Shown here: piece after piece, positions 13,700-25,716 of the stretch
Position numbering within the stretch: position 1 is the stretch's first letter
Layout: each line of letters starts with the position of its first letter
Source of the DNA: Hemiscyllium ocellatum
Lineage: Eukaryota
Direction: 5' to 3'
Length of the DNA: 64,000 nucleotides
Assembly: GCF_020745735.1 (NCBI RefSeq)
Contig: NW_026867716.1
Coordinates: 1 to 64,000 of the forward strand
Notes under the pieces: model-generated
The model's database searches: none
Told to the model about the DNA's origin: nothing
Seen by the model: only the letters and a program-made list of their open reading frames with translations
Made by a program: the position numbers and the translations under genes

Positions 13700-14550
13700 G
13701 AGTGTCCTACTTAAACGACAGAGTCAATAAGACTGGGTAACAGCCATTGGAAGAGGGCAGGCAGAGGTGACCCTAATTCCCACATCAGTACCACAGCTTG
13801 GGTCGTTCCTGGGGCTGGTGATCTATTACAGGAAGTTCATACATAACCTGACGTCCATCCTGGCACCTTTGTATCAACCTGCTTGTGGTGCCTGCTTGTA
13901 CACACATCAGAGTAGTGTGAGCTGATTGGTGGCCCGGTGGAGAGGCATAACCAATTAGAGATGTATCCGGGACTTTGACTTCTGCAGAACGTAAATATAC
14001 CCAGAGAGGGAAGTCACTTGGGCGTTCATATTTGGAGTCAGCACATTCTGTTAATACCTATATGAATGCAAATTTCTAATAATCACAGACCACAAGCTCC
14101 TGTTATGTCTTCCTAAAGAGGATAAGACAGTGCTGCCCATACCTTCAGGTCAGATTCAGCAATGGGCTTGAATATGAAGTGGGTTTAATTACAATTTGGA
14201 CACTGTCCGGGAGCCCAAGTAACAAATGTGGATACATTGAGCCACCTCCCACTGGCAGAACACCATCGATGGTACCACCACTGGAAAAGTCCGTGAAGGT
14301 TTTAAATTTTCTGGACACACTTCCAGTCACAGCTGACAATATCAGACTTTGGATGGAGACAGATCCAAACTTGGCCAACCTGAAATAGCTGGTGTGCTGG
14401 GGGAAACCAAAGGGTCATCACAACCAGAAGTGAAACCTTTCTCAACCACAGGAGAGGATGGCAGATTATTATGTGGAGCAAGAGTGTCTGCCCCGAGTCA
14501 AGGTCATCCAGGGGTTTCCAAAATGAAGATGTCAGCCGGGTGGACCTCAT
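13700..14550 (+). mobile_element. Gypsy/Ty3 pol relic (RT, RNase H, integrase-proximal)
   Basis: Degenerate ERKY.Q..K..L..IFGV...ITDHK.LL RNase H motif near 13985-14105. Confidence 0.75.
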
Positions 14551-14779
14551 AGGATATGAGTTCCCTGACTGGGGTTGTTAGTTTAAGAACAGGAATGTTA
14601 GCGATTCTGTTCACTCTGAGAGCTTGCTGCGAGGGAGCTGGATCAGGGTCAGGACTCTCCCTGTGTAAATAAGGGGTGACTTGGTGATGGGATACTGGTC
14701 TCTGTGGAGTTATTGCGGAGTGTAGGGGAATTCTAAAGAGGGATATCAGGAGGGAGGAAAGTGCATATGAGATAGCCAT

Positions 14780-15640
14780 GGCAGAAACTGTTCAATACAG
14801 ATAATCCAAAGAGCAACTGGGGAAAGAACAGGGCCCCTTAAAGATCAATGAGGTCATCACTGTGTGGAACCACGGGAGATGGGAGGGATACTAAATGAAC
14901 ACTTTGCATTTGTGTTTATTGTGGAGAAAGGAATGAAGGCGAGGGAACTTGGGAAAATAAATATTGATGGCTTGAAAACAGTCTGCATTTCAGAAGAGGA
15001 AATGCTGGAGTTCCTGAAAACATAGCGGTGAATAAATCATCAGGACATGGTCATGTGTATCCCAGGGCATTATGGGACGTTGGGGAAGAAATTATGGGGC
15101 CTCTAGCTGAGATATTTGCATCATCTGCATCCAAAGGTAAGGTGCTGGAGGACTGGAGGTTGTCTAACATTATGCCTTTATTGTAGAAAGGCTGCAAGGA
15201 GAAGCCTGGGAACTATAACCCTGTGATTCTGACATCACTGGTGGGTAGGTTCTTGGAGGAGGTTCTGAGAAATAGGATTTACAGGCATGTGAAGAAGTTA
15301 GGACTGTTAAGGAATATAATGTGGAGGTGCCGGTGTTGGACTGGGATGGACAAAGTTTAAAAACCTCACCGAACACCAGGGATAAGGGATAGTCAGCACT
15401 GCTGTGTGCAGGGGAAATCATGTCTCACAAACTTGATTAAATGTTTTGATGATATAACCAGAAAGATTGATGAGGGCAAGATGGGAGATGTTATTGACTT
15501 GGTCATTTTACAAAGCCTTTGACAAATTCCGCATGGTAGACCATTAGTAAAGTCAGATCACATGGGATTCAGGGGAAGAATGTGAATTGGATACAAAATT
15601 CATGTGATGGTAGGAGACAGAGGGTGGTGATGGGGTTTTG
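14780..15640 (+). mobile_element. CR1 ORF2 fragment
   Basis: Degenerate GNY.PV.LTS.VG and KAFDK.PHGR motifs. Confidence 0.75.
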
Positions 15641-15813
15641 TTTTTACATTGTACCATGTGGCCTCATTTGAAGAATATTCTAAGATATCATCCATCTTAT
15701 TACAGCAATTGACTCCTTGATCAATGTCGCAATACCCCCTCCTCTTTTACATTCCCCTTCCCCCACGTGTCTCATCTGATGGTTCTATACCCGGGACATT
15801 GTGCTGTCAATCT

Positions 15814-18462
15814 AGTAGGAGAAAGTGAGGACTGCAGATGCCCCCACGCCGATCCCCGTTCGCAAGCCTAACCCCGCCCCCCACGCCGAACCCCACCCCT
15901 GCCCCGATCTCCGTCTCCGCCCCGATTCCCGTCCCCACGCCTAACCCCGCCCCACTCCCAGCTCCAGCCCCACACCAGTCCTAGCTCCCAGCCCTGCCGT
16001 GTTTTCACCATCCCTCCAGACCTCCCCCTCTCTGAGGATGAACGATCGGTCCTCGGCAGAGGTCTCACCTTCATTCCTCTACGCTCTCGGATTAACGAGT
16101 TCAACATGCGGCGAGACATTGAACAATTCTTCCGCCGCCTTCACCTCCGCGCCTACTTCTTCAAACAGGATTCTCGCCCACCCACTGATGCCCCCTTCTT
16201 CCGCCTCCAACACACCCCATCCACCTGGACGCCCCGTGCTGGCCTCTTACCTGACCTCGATCTCTTCATTGCCAACTGCCGCTGCGACATTAACCACCTC
16301 AACCTCTCCACCCCTCTCACCCACTCCAACCTCTCATCCTTGGAACGTGCAGCCCTCCATTCCCTCCACTCCAACCCCAACCTCACTATCAAACCAGCAG
16401 ACAAGGGAGGCGCGCTAGTAGTTTGGCGCACTGACCTTTACACCGCTGAGGCTAAATGCCAGCTCGCGGATACCTCCTCCTACTGCCCCTTGACCATGAC
16501 CCCACCTTCCACCACCAAACCATCATCTCCCAGACCATCCATAACCTCGTCACCTCAGGGAATCTCCCATCCACCACTTCCAACCTCATAGTCCCACAAC
16601 CCCGCACCGCCCATTTCTACCTCCTGCCCAAAATCCACAAACCTGACTGCCCCGGCCGACCCATTGTCTCAGCCTGCTCATGCCCCCCTGAACTCATCTC
16701 TGCATACCTTGACACGGTTCTGTCCCCCTTAGTCCAAGAACTCCACACCTACATTCGGGACACCACCCACGCCCTCCACCTCCTCCATGATGTTCGCTTC
16801 CCCGGTCCCCAGCGCTTTATCTTCACTATGGACATTCAGTTCCTGTACACCTCCATCCCCCATCACGAAGGACTCAAGGCCCTCCGCTTCTTCCTTTCCC
16901 ACTGTACCAACCAGTACCCTTCCACTGACATCCTCCTTCAACTGACTGAACTGGTCCTCACTCTGAACAACTTCTCTTTCCAATCCTCCCACTTCCTCCA
17001 AACCAAAGGAGTCGCCATGGGCACCCGCATGGGCCCCAGCTATGCCTGCCTCTTCATAGGATATGTGGAACAGTCCATCTTCTGCAGCTACATTGGCACC
17101 CCCCCCCACCTTTTCCTCTGCCACATCGATGACTGTATCGGTGCTACCTCGTGCTCCCATGAGGAAGGTTGAACAGTTCATCCAACACTTTCCACCCCGA
17201 CTTCAAATTTATCTGGACCATCCTTCCTCCCCTTCCTAGACCTCAACATTTCTATCTTGGACGACCAAATCAACACGGACATTAACTATAAACCGACCGA
17301 TTCCCACAGCTACCTAGACTACACCTCCTCCCACCCTGCCCCCTATAAAAACGCCATCCCATATTTCCAATTCCTTCGTTTCCGCCACATCTGCTCCCAG
17401 GAGGACCAGTTCCAATACCGAACAACCCAGATGGCCTCCTTCTTCAAAACTGCAATTTCCCCCCAGACGTGATCGACAATGCCCTCCACTGCATCTCCTT
17501 CACTTCCTGCTCCTCCACCTTTGAGCCCCACCCCTCCAATCGTGACCAGGACAGAACCCTACTGGTCCTCACTTACCACCCCACCAACCTCCATATACAT
17601 CATATCATCCGTTGACATTTCCACCTCCAAACGGACCCCACCACCAGGGATATATTTCTCTCCTCTCCCCTATCAGCGTTCCGAAAAGACCACTCCCTCC
17701 GTGACTCCCTTGTCAGGTCCACATCCCCCACCAATCCAACCTCCACTCCCGGTACCTTCCCCTGCAAACGCAAGAAATGCAAAACTTGCGCCCATACCTC
17801 TTCCCTTACCTCCCTCCAAGGCCCCAAGGGATCCTTCCATATCTGCCACAGATTCACCTGCACCTCCACACACATCATTTACTGCATCCGCGGCACCCGA
17901 TGTGGCCTCCTCTTTCTTGGGGAGACAGGCCGCCTACTTTCAGAGAACACCTCTGGGACACCCAGACCAACCAACCCAACCAACCTGTGGATCAACACTT
18001 CAACTCCCCCTCCCACTCCACCAAGGACATGCAGGCCCTTGGACTCCTCCATCGCAAGACCATAGCAACACGAGTAGCAACTGGAGGAAGAGCGCCTCAT
18101 CTTCCGCCTAGGAACCCTCCAACCACAAGGGATAAACTCAGATTTCTCTAGTTTCCTCATTTCCCCTCCCCCACCTTATATCAGTCCCAACCCTCGAACT
18201 CAGCACCACTTCCCTAACCTGCAATCTTCTTCCTGACCTCTCCGCCCCACCCCACTACGGCCTATCACCCTCACCTTAACCTCCTTCCACCTATCGCATT
18301 TCCAACGCCCCTCCCCCAAGTCCCTCCTCCCTACCTTTTATCTTAACCTGCTTGGCACACTCTCCTCATTCCTGAAGAAAGGCTCATGCCCGAAACATCG
18401 ATTCTCCTGCTCCTTGGATGCTGCCTGACCTGCTGTGCTTTTCAGCAACACATTGACACCTC
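15814..18462 (+). mobile_element. Penelope-like element (RT plus GIY-YIG), near full length with a few frameshifts and stops
   Basis: IKPADKGG, YLLPKIHK..PGRPIVS, GVAMGTRMGPSYA, HIDD, YKPTDSH, GIY-YIG-like C-terminus; 12-bp TSD TGCTGTCAATCT at 15802-15813 and 18463-18474. Confidence 0.95.
18372..18399 (+). ncRNA. Minimal hammerhead ribozyme motif (degenerate)
   Basis: CTGAAGA-A-AGGC-TCAT-GCCC-GAAAC-ATC in the 3' repeat of the Penelope-like element. Confidence 0.55.
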
Positions 18463-18474
18463 TGCTGTCAATCT

Positions 18475-19146
18475 TGCCCCACCCTAAAGAAGCCTTCCAC
18501 ATCCATCAAAGTTTTATCTGCAAATCCACCAATATCATTTGTTGAATCCATTGCTGCCGATGCGGTCTCCTCTACATTGGGGAGACTGGACGCCTCCTAG
18601 CAGAGCACTTGAGGGAACATCTCCGGGACACCCGCACCAATCAACCCCATCGCCCTGTGGCCCAAAATTTCAACTCCTCCTCCCACTCTGCCAAAGACAT
18701 CCAGGTCCTGGGCCTCCTCCACCGCCGCACCCTCACAGGAAGAGCGCTTCATCTTCTGCCTCGGAACACTTCAACCCCATGACATCGATGTGGACTTCAC
18801 CAGTTTCCTCACTTCCCCTTCCCCCACCTCACCCCAGCTCCAAACTTCCAGCTCAGCACTGCCCTCATGAATTGTCCTATCTGCTAATCTTCCTTTCCAC
18901 CTATCCACTCCACCATCCTCTCTGACCAATCACCTTCTTCCCCACGCCCATGCACTTATTGAACTCGATGCTACCTTCTCCCCACCCCCACCCCCTCTCA
19001 TTTGTCTCTCCACTCTGCAGGCACCCTGCCTCTATTCCTGATGAAGGGATTTTGCCCGAAACATCGAGTTTCCTGCTCCTCGGATACTGCCTGATCTGTT
19101 GTGCTTTTCCAGCAACACTCTAATCTCGACTCTGGTTTCCAGCATC
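18475..19146 (+). mobile_element. Older Penelope-like 3' fragment (host of the 15814-18462 insertion)
   Basis: GIY-YIG region (YIGETGRLLAEHLREH-like) followed by the terminal repeat. Confidence 0.85.
19038..19065 (+). ncRNA. Minimal hammerhead ribozyme motif
   Basis: CTGATGA-A-GGG-ATTTTG-CCC-GAAAC-ATC; stem I ATTC/GAGT. Confidence 0.65.
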
Positions 19147-19369
19147 TGTTTTTGCCTGTTTTTACCTCAGTCCTTGTTTTTATCTGTTTATACCCACTCT
19201 CCACAATGTCTCTGCAATAACAACTAAATCATATACTAATGTGTTAATCTACACCCTCAGCTCATCTGCCTTACTCACAAGTAAATGCCATCCAGCCATG
19301 CCACACTCGCTTATGCCCTCACTTGATGATATTCACACTGCCTTCTGGATTTCCTTGGATCGTCTTCTT

Positions 19370-19575
19370 GGGTCAGTTAGCTTGGTTGGCTGGACAGTTG
19401 GTTTGCGATGTGGAGTAATGCCAATAATGTGGGTTTAATTCCCATACTGTCTGTGGGAAACATGAAGGTCTCAGGTTCTCAACCGTGCCCCTTGTCTGAG
19501 GCAGAGTGGCCCTCAGGTTAAATCACCATCAGTCACCTCTCTCTAATGAGACAGCAGTTCTCTGGAATTATGACT
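19370..19575 (+). mobile_element. Second tRNA-derived SINE family (also 26810-27025 + and 46560-46760 -)
   Basis: Three mutually similar copies with a TTAGCT..GTTGG..GGGTT(C/T)AAT(T/C)CC head and an AGGTTAAA(T/C)CACCA core. Confidence 0.65.
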
Positions 19576-20043
19576 GATTTATTTTTTTTACTTCAGTTCT
19601 CCTTCTTCATGTCTCTGTGTATCACCTTCACCCTCTGCAATACTTTCACTGTGTACCCCATCCCTCTGCTACGCCTGATGAATGAGCCAGGTTGCTGAAG
19701 GCTGGCTCGGTAATAGAGTAGAAGGTGATGGGAAATAGAAAAGGTTCTGCAGGGAGGGCCCTGAGTCCTGCTCTTCAGATCACTCTGGGTCTCCTGGAAA
19801 CTCTCAGGCACCAAAAACTCTCATCAACCAACAGCAACAAACACCCACAGTCAAACCACAAACCCCCTGAAACCTTCTGTTGTGCTCCAGCCTGTAGCTC
19901 ATTCCACACTGTCCCAGGTTAGTTTATAAACCATGACTGAACAATGTTATATATTTTCTCATCATACAACAGATTCAGTGTTTTACCTCACTGTTTGGTG
20001 TCTGTGCTGTGTTCATATCCTCTCTCTCTCTCCCCCCTCACAG

Positions 20044-20430
20044 CTTTGTCTGCTTCTGGTTGGTCAATGACAATCGCGGATGGAGTGTGGGCTGAGGAAG
20101 GAGGCTCCGCTGTCTTACCCTGCAGCTTCACCCACCCTGACACTCACCTCACACTCACCGGCTCCATCTTATGGTACAAGGGGAGATCACGGTCTTATAT
20201 CTTTAAGTGTACATATCCTGGTCCAGACCATTCCCAGGGTGAGCTGTGTGAGAATGTGAGACAGTGGGACGGTGGGAATCGATTCAGATTCGTGGGGATT
20301 CTCACCAACAAAGATGCCTCAATAATGATGGAGGGACTGAGCCGGGAGAATGCTGGTTCCTATCGGTGTCGTGTGGAGCTCAATATCGGCAAATTTGGAT
20401 CTGGAAAAGGAACAAGCCTGAAAGTGAAAG
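20044..20430 (+). CDS. Ig V-set exon V1 (Siglec-15-like), intact
   Basis: Acceptor ccctcacag, donor AAAG|gtgagc, 387 nt phase 1/1, open frame. WSM..V.AE.G..AVLPCSFTHP..H..W..IFKC..GELC..RFR..G..Y.CRVE matches recalled SIGLEC15 V-set motifs, including the extra Cys pair and the F-strand Arg. Confidence 0.9.
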
Positions 20431-21924
20431 GTGAGCAACAATGTTCTGATATGTCACTGCGCTGACAGCTCAATGGGGACAGGCTCCACAAGGTCCAGGA
20501 GCTCTTGGGTTGGGTTCTTCTCCTGGGCTCTTCCAGTTGGTCTCAGGCAGGAGGCAGTGAGAAGGACAGAGAGAGAGAGAGAGAGGGAGAGACCAGGCTG
20601 GGATTTACAGACCAATCCATTTCTGACTCTGAAACCTCCCACAGTCACTCATTTGCTGTGGTCAGACGGATTCAGCTTTTTGGGGCAGGGAACAGACACA
20701 ACATCATCAAGGATTCAAGCTCCAAGACCCCCTTCCCAATGAGAGTCCTGCTCTATCAGCATTGGGTGAGAAAAAGAGATCCATAAATTCCGAGCCCTCA
20801 TTGGATGAGCACGTCTCAGAGTGAGAGAACCCTCAGGTCACATTGGATGAAAACCTCACTGTTTCTATCTTCACTTTCTATTGGCTGAGCAGAAAATAGA
20901 TGGATGGGGGGAGAAGGACTGTGCAGAGGCTCATGTCCTGGGAAATACTTTCCAATCCAAGGCAGATTGTGAAATTTGAATTTGAAAGGAATCTCGACTG
21001 AAAAACTAGTTTAATAAAAACCATGTAGACACCTCTGACAAAAAAAAACGTGATTCACTCATGTCCTTCAGGGAGGGAAATCTGTATCCTTAATGGTCTG
21101 ACCTACATGTGACCCAATACCTACTGTAATGAGGTTGACTCTCAACTGCCCCCTGAATGACTCACTCTGTTGTGGACAAGGAGTGAACCCAGGAGTGTAA
21201 ATGGAATTGTGGTTCCAAGAGTAGGCCACAGGCTGGAGATCGTGTAAATTAACACACCTCCTGACTCCAAAGCATATTGACCAGTTAGAAGTGTGATGGA
21301 ATACTCCCCACTTGTCTGGAAGAGTGCAGGAAAATATATTGCTCTCCTGTCACTGTTACTGGGTAAAAATCCTGGAACTCCCACCCCAACAGTATTGTAA
21401 CAATAAAAATAACAAAAAAATACACTGCAGCAAGGCAGCAACACTTCCTCCACCAGCACCTTCCAAAGTAGTGACCTCTATGACCTCAGTGTAAAAAATG
21501 GCATCAGATGCAGACCATCCTGACTGGGAAGTATAGTTATCTTTTCATTGTTCAGGGGGACGTGGGTGTCACATGCTCGGTCAGCCTATATTGGCCATCC
21601 CTAATTGCCCTGGAGAAGGGAATGGTGAGCTGCCTTCTTGATCTGCTGCATCCCCTCAGCTGCAGGGAATTCACGATAAGGTTGGTTAAGGATTCCAAGG
21701 GCTTTGTCCCAGTCACACTGAAGTAATGATGAAATATTCCCAAATCAAGATGGTGAGTGTATTGGAGGGAAGCTTGTAAGTGGTGATGTTCTCATGTATA
21801 TAGTGGAGGGAAAGTCATTGATGATACAGCAGGAGATGATTAGGCCGAGGACACTACCCTGAGGAACTCCTGCAGGGATGTTCTGGAGCTGAGATGACTG
21901 ACCAACAACCACAACAATCTGGGT

Positions 21925-22222
21925 TTGATTCCAGTCTGAGGTAACAGTCTGTGTGGAGTTTACACATTCTCCCTGTGTCTGTGTGGGTTTCATCTGGGAA
22001 CTCTGGTTTGCTCGCACAACCCAAAGATGTACAGGTCAGGTGAATTAGCCATGCTAAATTGCTCATAGTGTTCATGGATATGCAGGTTAGGTGGATCAGT
22101 GCAGGGTAAATGTAGAGTAATAGGTTCGGGTAGGAGAATGGGCCTGGGTGGGTCACTCTTCAGAGGGTTGGTGTGGACTTGTAGGGCCAAATGGCCTGCT
22201 TCCACAATGAAAGGATTCTATG
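21925..22222 (+). mobile_element. HE1-like SINE
   Basis: V-domain and tail match the other copies. Confidence 0.85.
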
Positions 22223-22439
22223 AACCATCTTCCTCTGTGCCAGGTCTGATGGAAACCCATGGAGGTTTCTCCCCTCGGCTTCCCACTGGCTCAGGTTCCT
22301 TGATGCTACACTCGCTCAAATACAACCTTGATGTTAAAGGCAGTCACTGACACCTTCCATCAGTTCAATTGGCCTGGTCAGACCCACATTGCTTTTTGTG
22401 GACAGGGTATACCTGGGTAGATGCCAGTGTCATAATTAG

Positions 22440-23650
22440 AAGAAGAACAAATAACAATACAGCACAGGAACATGCCCTTCCATCCCCCAAACCAGCACTG
22501 ACACATTTTGCCTTTCCATACTAAAACTGTCTTCAATTACAGGATCAGCATCCTTTCCTATTCATGTATTCATCCAGGTGCTTCTGGAATGCTGCTATAG
22601 TGTCTGCTTCCACCACCTCCACTGGCAGTGTGTTCCAGCCACTCACCCACCCTTTGTGTGAGAAACCTGCCTTGTACATCTCTTAATACCACCAGCACCT
22701 CCCTCCCCCCCAACCCTCTCCAAACCCCAGCCCCATATCTAAAACCCATGTCCTCTAGTAATTGACCCCTCTACTCTGGGGAAAAGCCTCATATATTCCA
22801 CTTTGCATGTTCCACTTTATACCTGCCATTCACAATCTTATAAACTTCTATTAGGTCGCCCCTCAACCTCCTGTGTTCCAATGAAAACAAACTCAGTCTA
22901 TCCACCTGTTCTTCACAGCTAAAATCCCCCATTCATGACAATCTCCCGGTAAACCATTTCTGTACTCTCTCCAAAGCATCCATATCCTTCTGGTAGTGTG
23001 GTGACTAAAACTGCACCTAATATTCCAAGTGTGGCCGAACTAAAGTTCTTTAAAGCTGCAGCATAACTTTGTCTGTCATTATACTCAATGCTCCTCCCAA
23101 TGAAGGCAATGATGCTGTGGGCCTTTTTCACTCCCTTATCTGTCTGCGTTGCCACCTCCAGTGAGCTGTAGACCTGCACATCCAGATCCCTCTGCGTTTT
23201 AATCCTCCTCAGGGTTCTGCCATTCAGTGTTTAATTTCCACCTGCACTTGACATTCCAAAATACATCAGTCACATTTGTCTGGATTAAATTCCATCTGCT
23301 ATCAAACAGATCTGTATCCTGCTGAATCTTCTGACAATCCTTCTCACTATCCTTAACTCCACCAATCTTTGCATCGCCTGCAAAATTACAATTTAGACCC
23401 GACATATTTTCCTCCAAATCATTGGATAGACCATGAACAGCAGACGTCCCAGCACTGATCCCTGTGGAACATCACTTGTTACAACCCTCCATTCCATTGT
23501 TACCCTCTGTCTCCTATGACTAAGTCAGTTCGGTGTCCACCTTGCCAGCTCACCCCGATACCATGTGACTTCACATTTTTACCAGTCTGCAGTGAGGGAA
23601 CTTGTCAAAGGCTTGACTGAAGTCCATGGAGACAACATCAACTGCTTTCT
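22440..23650 (-). mobile_element. CR1 3' fragment
   Basis: VDVVSMDFSQAFDKFPH, FAGDAKIGG remnants. Confidence 0.85.
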
Positions 23651-23841
23651 GTACTGGAACAGCTGGTTCAGCAATTGTCCCCCACCATTCAGGACTGTCT
23701 AGAGCAGGACTGCAGAGCCATCTGATCCATTGATTATGGGGTGGCTCTGTTGTGTGCTGTTTCTGTTGTTTGATGAGCAAGTAGTCCTGGGGATCTGGGT
23801 GTTGGCCTCACACATATCAGTTTGCCTGGTGTTGCATACAG

Positions 23842-24067
23842 TCAAGGTTAGAGTGGTGCTGGAAAAGCACAGCAGGTCAGGCAGCATCTGAGGAGCAGGA
23901 AAATCAATGTTTCAGGCAGGAACCCTTCATCAGGAATGTGGCTGATGCAGGGCTCCTTCCTGAAAAGATGATTTTCCTGCTCCTTGAATGCTGCCTGACC
24001 TACTGTGCTTCTCCAGCACCACTCTACTCTTGACTCTGATCTTTAGTATCTGCAGTCCTCACTTTCA
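23842..24067 (-). mobile_element. Hairpin-shaped non-autonomous Penelope-derived element
   Basis: Inverted arms of the PLE terminal repeat; minus-strand CTGATGAAGGG..CCTGAAAC; flanked by CCTGGT(G/A)TTGCAT(A/G)CAG at 23825-23841 and 24068-24084. Confidence 0.8.
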
Positions 24068-25716
24068 CCTGGTATTGCATGCAGCAAAATCACATGTCTT
24101 TTCAGTGATCTCCCAGCCTGACGGGAATGTTGGTGTGGGGGGTGTTAATGTGAATTGTGAGGTGACAGATTGAAGTTCAATGGGCTTACAATGTTATCTT
24201 TAACTTGGGAACTTCATACTGGGGAGTCCCGGGGCAACTCCCTCCTGACGGTATACCACTGTGCCTCCACCTCTGCTGGCTCTGTCCTGGTGGTGGGTCA
24301 GGCTGTGTCCAGGGACAGTGATCGTGGTGTCTTTGATATGGTAAGTTATGGTTCTGTGAGTTTGACCATGTGAGGCTGTTAGTCGACCCGTCTGTGCACT
24401 AGCTCCTGGATGTTACTGAGGAGGCCTTTGCAGGGTTGACAGGGCTGGGACTGTTCTCACTGTTATTGGTGCCTTGGTCAATGCAGAGAAGTCTGAGTCT
24501 ATTTGTACTCTTTTGGCATTCCTTCACTGTTGCTGGGTCAAAGTCCTGAAACTCAATCCCTTAAATTACTTTGGATAACCCCGACACCTCAGGGCTGCAG
24601 CAGTTGAAGAAGGCAGCTTCTCTTGGGCAATCAGGATGGACAATAAATGCACATCATCTGGGCCAGTGACACCCATGACCAAATAAAACAAAAGTAGAAA
24701 TTAATGAAACAGCGAACATCCTGAGGAAAATACAAACAAAAATCTGCAGATGCTGCAAATCAGAAACAAAAATGGAAACTGTTGGAAAAGCTCAGCAAGT
24801 CTGGCAGCACCTGTGGAGAGAAATCAGAGTTAATGTTTCAGGCAGAGTGACACTTCCTCAAGATCCTGAGGAGCTTGACAATGCAGTTTCTGAGAGGATA
24901 TTTGCTCTTGTGAACAGAAGTCAAACAGGAGAACAATTACAAAATAACAGATTACTGATTTAAATAAGAATGAGGGAACATTTAATCTCAAAGCTCCTCT
25001 TTTAAGTTCATGAAGCAAAGATCCACATGGCTGGTTATCCCCCCTCCTCCTGCACCCAAATATTTTACTCAGTGTAGGAAAATGTAATCTGGACTCTGAG
25101 TTTAAATTAACCTGTGCTCATTTCAAAGGTCACAGGTTGGAGCTGGTGAATGGTTACATTAGGAATGACACCAGGGGGCTCTCCTTCACACAGAGTGTGG
25201 TCAATACTTTGAAAGTATGTGATCAACAGAGTGAGTGGGGAGGCTGTAAAATCCTTGACCTTCTTTAAAGAATATTAGTATTGAGCATCGGGCGGAGGGT
25301 TCTGCATGAATGAATTCAGGAGGGTTCAATGGATCCGATCTGTAAGTACCTTCAGCGGTCACACGGCACCAGGTTATAGTCCAACAGGTTTATTTGAAAT
25401 AACAAGGTTCAGAGCACTGCTCCTGAATCAGGTCAAGTCCTGGTGCAGTGTGACTTCTGACTTTGTCCACCTCAGTGCAACACTGGCACCCCCACATCAT
25501 GGAAGTATCTTGTAATCAAGGTATTCAAATTGAGTGACGAGGAGACATTTTGATCAGAGAGACTCTTGTTGGGGAATGTCTAGGACAGACCTGTTAGAGA
25601 TGTGAGTGGGGTCTTTAATTGTTCATTTTATTGTGACGTTGAAAGAAATATAACATATTGAAATAAGACTTTCTGCACACTGACCTCATCCATTCTGATG
25701 TTTGTCCTTTCCTCAG

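Noticed and set aside
18475-19146. Second GIY-YIG/hammerhead block as a tandem pseudo-LTR of the 15814 element
   Set aside because: The 12-bp TSD closes the younger element at 18462, so this block is an older host element.
19609-19917. Alternative first exons (MSLCITFTL... and MMGNRKGS...)
   Set aside because: Poor signal-peptide character or weak donor, and no counterpart in cassette B; cannot be fully excluded.
19944-20043. N-terminal extension MLYIFSSY... of ORF 19944-20465 as a signal peptide
   Set aside because: Covers the polypyrimidine tract and acceptor of the V1 exon; the homologous stretch in B is intronic.
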